A stretch of 64,000 nucleotides of DNA from Amoebidium appalachense (lineage: Eukaryota > Protista > Ichthyosporea), in contig CAVNZM010000010.1 of assembly GCA_963693365.1 (NCBI GenBank), forward strand, positions 6,387,794-6,451,793. Direction: 5' to 3'. Shown here in pieces: positions 58,478 to 64,000 of the stretch. The position numbers and the translations under genes were made by a program. Numbering within the stretch: position 1 is the stretch's first letter; every line of letters begins with the position of its first letter. The notes under the pieces were generated by a model, which saw only the letters and a program-made list of their open reading frames with translations, was not told the origin of the DNA and did not search any database.

Positions 58478-59509
58478 GAGAGAGAGGTTGTAGAATGTGA
58501 CACATTGCATGAAGTAGGAAATCACAATGGATAACAATGGGGACACAAAAACTGAGCCCGGAGAGGGGCTTATACGGAGGCGGGGCAGGGGGGAGGGCGG
58601 GAAAGGGGGAGGGAAGAAGTGGGGGGGGCGGGGGGATTTCAGGAAGAAAAATGAGAAGCTTCTGAGGGCACTGGGGATGGGATATGCTACTAGAAGCGCT
58701 TGCATTATAGAAATTACCTGTATGTGTAGGGGATAGTGTCGTGTACCTGTGTGAGTGTGTGTGTGCATGTGAGTGTGTGCACGTGCGTTTCTTTTTTCTC
58801 TCTCTTTCTTTTTTGGTTGGTGGTGGTGGTGGTGGAGGGGGGGGGGGGGGGGGGGGGGGAAGGGCGGCATGCACATGTGCCTTAAAATACATAGGCTCAC
58901 ACCTGTGTGTGTGTGTGTGTGGGTGTGTGGGTGGGTGTGCGCACACACACACACGTGTGCATGTGGTACTCTAAGCATGTGCCGCCCACCCCCGTCACTT
59001 TCACCGGGTTGGGGGGGGGGGGGGGGGGGGGGGGGGCGGAGAGGAGGAAGCGAGGAAGAGGAAACATGTACCCCAGCAAATGCCGTTTCCAGCTCCACTG
59101 TTTCTGCCCTCACCATCGCAGCATCATTCTGTATGCTCTCCAGCTTTCTGACCTTTTCCTCCCAGGGGCTTTCCCCTGCTACCTGAATACTGCTCTGGTG
59201 CACTAGACCCACTTGTTGCAGAGTTGCATCGGGGTCGGTGCATATCAAGCGTCCTGTGGACACGAAAGGAAAATGAATTTTTGAAATTTTACTAAGGTAA
59301 AGTAGCACAGGATGAAAAATGGAATGGGAAGAAGGGGGGGGGGGGGGGGGGGGGGGGGGGGGTATATGTACAGAGTACGAAGTATACATTCACAACGGAC
59401 AACACCCTGCAGACTTTAGCTTGATGCACCAAGAGAATGCACACTCAAAAAAGTCCATCCTGCGGGGAGAGGGGGGGGGAGGAGGGAGGGAGGGGGGGGG
59501 AGAGAGGGG

Positions 59510-59541
<32 letters not shown>

Positions 59542-59909
59542 CGGAGTCATCCATGGGGGTTTGGTGGGTGGGGTGGGGGTTACTGCGTCCACCAAGGCGC
59601 CGAAAAACTACTCGTTACTCGTGCCAAGTTTTCTAGCCAGAGGTCGAATATGTGAAAAAGAGCTCTAATATTAGAAGCTATGTTGGTCAGCTTAGAGGCC
59701 CGATAGGTTCTTGTACACCAGGTTACATGGAGGAGGTATGTGTTGTCGTACTCAAGTATACATGCACCCTTGGGCTGTGCAGGACAACATAAACACAAAC
59801 ATGCGCACTACCGTGTCTGCAATGCAGTGTGTCTTTGTCTACGAGTGTGAGCATGTGTGTGCGTGTGCACGTATGTGTGTGTGTGTATTTGTGTGTGTGC
59901 ATGTGTGTG

Positions 59910-59940
<31 letters not shown>

Positions 59941-60695
59941 CGCGCATGTGTGCGTGAATGCGCGTGTGTGTGTGTGCACACACACGCGTGTCAATAGTTG
60001 CGAACGGGCATGCAAGCAAACAAAAACATAACCAGCATTATCAGCGGCAAACACACAGATCCTCACCTTGGTACGAAAGGCGTTGGTACTCAGTTGGGAC
60101 ACCGATAAAGGGCTCAACGAAAAGTTTTAGATCTGTAATCGTCGCTGAGGGGTTAAACTGAAACGCATAGACGTCGTTCGTGTTTCGGTCTGTGCACGGT
60201 GACGGTCAGAATCAGCAACTTTCTGTCCAGTAATATTTCGTAGGAAGGTGTGTGTGCAGTCGGCAAGGGAGGGGAACAGTACGATGAAAGAGAATGAAGA
60301 AGGGCGGCAGGCACATGGTTCGAGTGTAAAATGTATGGGGAGTGTAGAAGCAGTGAACGGGAAGGATTATAACAGCTGCAAGGCCAAAATAAGCCTCGCC
60401 CAGCGAAAGAAAACAACCGATCTCTCCTTCACTATCACGAGCGCCGCTATTGTTACACCGGCCAAACTAAGCGTAATTTTTTATGGAAGCAAACCATACC
60501 TTGAAAAGACACAAAACGAAAAACGTGCACCTTTAAGCAAATTAAAACGCTTGGTGCTACGAGGAAAGAATCTCACACCAACAAAGTTTTGGTAACATCA
60601 AGGCATCAACTGTCATTAGCGTATAAGGACAAAAAGAACCCCGAAAGCTTACCATGGGCCACGTGAAGGGTGATGGAGCTCCCTGCATCAGTCAT
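56516..60695 (-). CDS. BAG1-like Hsp70 co-chaperone (ubiquitin-like domain + BAG domain)
   Basis: Exons 60695-60653, 60189-60067, 59253-59071, 57387-57236, ~56612-56516 give MTDAGSSITLHVAHDRN...TITDLKLFVEPFIGVPTEYQRLSYQGRL...ATLQQVGL (Ubl) and LNEKCIKLQLALDSV...LRQQRKQHILYVQETESMLDSI (BAG). Phases are consistent. Confidence 0.85.
57898..57992 (-). mobile_element. Poly(C)-tailed repeat family, diverged truncated copy
   Basis: Minus strand reads GGGTGGGCTCTGCTTTTG...GTGTTTCGTACTTTGG then a C-rich run. Both family anchor motifs are present at the expected spacing. Confidence 0.6.
59363..59465 (-). mobile_element. Poly(C)-tailed repeat family, diverged truncated copy
   Basis: Minus strand reads AGGATGGAC...GTGCATTCTC...TGTTGTCCGTTGTGAATGTATACTTCGTACTCT then poly(C). 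BAG intron. Confidence 0.7.
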
Positions 60696-61753
60696 TTTGC
60701 GTTTGTCTTGCACACGAGAAACGTGTGTAAACGAGCTTCGGCTACTAAACTTGGATCTTCGGCCAAAATTGTAGCACAACCAACAATTGCCAGCGTGTAC
60801 GGCACACTTTCAGTACAGCCGTTAAGCTTGATCTCCAGGACTCACCGAGAACTCGCTGCCTTTTAAAAAAAAACCAAAAATATTGCGGCCGCAAGAGACC
60901 GACGGTACATATAATAAACCGAGAGATGCCGTTCCGTTAGAAGGCTTAGTAGCATGCTGCACCTAGCCCCCTGCGTCTCTCAGTTGCCGATCACGGTTGC
61001 CCTTGCTGCTTTGCAAATTGCTGCGCTCGGACTCGGAGCCACTGGAGTTAGCAGCTCTAGGGGGTCTTGATCACCTGCCATAAAAAGTTATTTATACACC
61101 CTAGACTGTGTGACTCCCCCCCCTCTCTTCCCCTGCTTTCCCCCCCCCCTCCCACCCCCTCCTCCCCCGGATGTCCGTCGAAGCTACGTAGACATAGTAC
61201 ACCAAAGAGCAAGATGAAAAAAAAACACATGGTACCCATTTGTTTTCTTCATAGAAACATATAGAAACGCTTTGCGTTTAAGCATGAATATTTATGTGCG
61301 GAGTTGCAGGTTCCCTGCCCTCGGGGAACAGGAACCGGCCCCTCTCTGCTGCTGGAACACAGGTGGCCAAAAGTGAAGGTCTGATTTATTTTATAACCTA
61401 ATTAGTGAGCTCACATTTGCTGCAATCAGACCAACTTGCGCCACGGACCTGTAAGCCTCCCAAAGTTTGGTCCTCGCAGAGTCTTTTCATTTCAATATCA
61501 TTTGGTCGTCCGTGACGATTCTCCTTAGGTGAGCTAATTCTACTTAGGTGTGCCGTTCCAAATCTCGGCAACAAGCTATGCACGAATATTCTTGAATGCA
61601 AGATAAGAAGTAATGGTGGCGCAGAGCCCGTGCATGTATACAAAGTACCAACTGTACATGTTCTTTGACAACTAAAGATTGTGCACGAGACAAGGGTTTG
61701 CAAAAGAGCACAGATACAACTCCTTCACGAGTGCTCACTAAGAGCAAGGCTGC

Positions 61754-62275
61754 TCACTTGGGCTCTCCCTCCCAATAGTCCACATTCTCCTTGATGTAGT
61801 CACATCTCTCAATACGCCTTCCATCCTGGGTCTTATGCACCACCATATACTTGTTCGAGTCAGGGTATTCCAAATACTCCGGCCACTCCTTGGTGCTAAT
61901 GGAGATGTACTTGATAGGTGCATCAGACGTGTTGAGAATTTGGTGGGGATATTCGGGGCCAGCAGGAATGAAGATAACATCACCACTTTTAATGGGTACG
62001 TTTTCACCGGCTACCCTTAATGTTCCACTGCCTTCCAGCACAATAAACATCTCCTCCTGTGCATAGTGGGTGTGGTAGGGGCAGTTTCGTTTTCCTGCGG
62101 GGACAATGTCTATGCTTGCGCCGAGTTTCTTGGCTGCTGTTGTACCCGACAGCCAGGCATTTTGGCTGGAATAAAGATCACTCCCCTCTGCATCCGCGTG
62201 CTCGTACTCTACTTCGTTGATGTTACGAATCAGCTTCCGACGAAGCTCCTCCACCTTGCTGTTTGACTCAGTCAT
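61754..62275 (-). CDS. Bacterial-type cupin-domain protein (COG3837-like), intronless CDS
   Basis: KLGASIDIVPAGKRNCPYHTHYAQEEMFIVLEGSGTLRV (motif 1 HxHxxxEE), GDVIFIPAGPEYPHQILN (motif 2), EYPDS and DYWEGE tail. ATG at 62275. Confidence 0.92.
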   Translation of the reverse strand: MTESNSKVEELRRKLIRNINEVEYEHADAEGSDLYSSQNAWLSGTTAAKKLGASIDIVPAGKRNCPYHTHYAQEEMFIVLEGSGTLRVAGENVPIKSGDVIFIPAGPEYPHQILNTSDAPIKYISISTKEWPEYLEYPDSNKYMVVHKTQDGRRIERCDYIKENVDYWEGEPK

Positions 62276-63254
62276 GGTGCTTGAATGCAGCAACTGGTAC
62301 CCAAACTGCAGCCACTTGAGTTAGACGTGTGGCCTTGATGGGTTGATGAGCGGAATAAGTCAGAACAGAAGCACAAAGAAAAAAGCATCAATAAAATAGC
62401 AGTCTTTGCCTAGAACTTGGGCTTAACACACAAACACACAGGCAGACCAAAACAGACTCAGTTTTACACACACCCTTTTTCACTACAGAGCTCTCCCTTG
62501 CAAACACTCCCTTGCTTCCTTCTTCTGTGCAGCTCTCGCCTGTTCCCCACCAACGCTCAAGACTTCGAAGGCACAAAAAAATTGTGTAAGACACAGAAAG
62601 CATGGCCGTGAGCATCAGCACATAAACCAGAATACGTGTGCACACGCCCACTGACACAGACATACCGGACTTGCACGCACAGCAGCAAGCGGACGTGCAC
62701 GGATGGGAGAAGTGATGAAGTACGAAGAAAGGACAAGGGAAGGGGGGGAGTAAGAAAAGGGGAGAAGGAACTAGGAAGGGAGGGGGAATGGGGGGGAATG
62801 GAGGCGAGTAAGTGAGAGAGAGAGAGGGGTGGGGGGGAGGGGGGGAGGGGGAGGAAGAAGAGGGGGGCGAGAGAGGAGCGGGGATGAGAGAGAGCAAGGG
62901 GAGGACCGAGAGAAAGAGAGAGAGAGAAAGAGAGGGGGGGGGGGGGGGGGGGGGGGGAGAGAGAGAGTTTGTGTGTGTGTGAAGTGTGTGCGTGTGTGTG
63001 TTTGGGGGGCGGGAGGGGAGGGGGGAGGAGAGGGGGGCGGCAAGGAAGAGAGTGGGGAGCCTCAAAGGTGTGTGTGTGTGTGTGAGGGAGAGATAGCAAG
63101 AGAGAGAGAGGCCCTGGGAGGGGAGAAGGGAGGGGGAGAGAGAGAGAGGGAGAGACGAGACAGAGGGTGTGTGTACAGTGTGTGAGAGCAAAGACTGAGA
63201 GAGGGAGAGAGGGAGCCTCAAGGGGAGGGGGGAGGGGGGGGAAGGGGGGGGGGG

Positions 63255-63351
<97 letters not shown>

Positions 63352-64000
63352 TGTATGTGTTTGAGCGAATCGGAAGAGGAGGCGGGGGAGGAGAAGGGGA
63401 GGGCCAGGGTGGGGCAATTTGATCTAACTTGCCTTTTGAGTTGTTTTCCTGAATATCCGTGATGCGTGTATTGGACTGTAGACACGGACAATATTCCAAG
63501 CTGAACTCCCGTGACCGCGAGGCGTAATCCCGAGGCTACAACGTTGAAACACCGGTACCGGTTGCTGGTTTTTTCTTTTGTTTCATTGTTTCACTCTTCA
63601 TGTTTGCCAAATCTTTTGTTTCTTCGACATCTACAAAATTGCTGGAAAAGGCAAGTGGCTCACTGGCGCACATACGCAGTCCACACTGGTTGGTGATCCC
63701 TTTTTTTATCCTGTACAATCCGTGTACAATCCGTGAGTCTCTAAGAGGTGATTGGAAAATACAGTTTGTTTTGATTTTTAATTGCTTGCTTATCATGTAT
63801 TGCTTTTGGCCTTTTTGCCACAATTGCCACAATAGAGCAGAGCGCCGCTGTGGCGGCTGGGCGCGGCCGGGCCGAGTGGTTTGGTTTGAGCTTCGCTGAG
63901 ACTTGTAACAAGGGGAGTTGTTTACGTATATATTATATATAGTGTATATATGTAGACACAAGCTGAGACAGAGAAAAATCCAAGCTGAGATGCCATTAAA

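Noticed and set aside
57458-59389. 643-aa ORF
   Set aside because: Low-complexity intron read-through; only 59253-59071 is BAG coding sequence.

Overview
Eukaryotic genomic DNA, probably from an opisthokont (holozoan-like proteins; the species cannot be identified from sequence alone). Short exons sit in introns saturated with poly(C)/poly(G), (CA)n/(GT)n, (GA)n and (GCGT)n, so almost all long ORFs in the supplied track are artefacts. Manual splicing gives eight genes in this order: 3' part of an ASH1L-like PHD+BAH protein (+), secreted GH36-type alpha-galactosidase (-), decayed SDR epimerase/reductase (+, pseudogene), APC/C activator Cdh1/FZR1 (-), coiled-coil protein with two PAM2-like motifs (+), intronless 2OG-Fe(II) oxygenase (-), BAG1-like co-chaperone (-), and a bacterial-type cupin with an intronless CDS (-). 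Mobile DNA includes a 266-bp hairpin MITE and a 1.44-kb TIR element. The most striking unexplained signal is a dispersed ~400-bp non-coding family with about 11 copies. All copies end at a common 3' region followed by C-rich tracts instead of poly(A), are variably 5'-truncated, and are co-oriented with their host gene. The three longest carry a ~165-nt core whose helices and pseudoknot keep pairing despite sequence change. This is a candidate poly(C)-associated SINE-like retroelement with an unidentified structured RNA. Exon coordinates were read by eye and may be off by a few bases.
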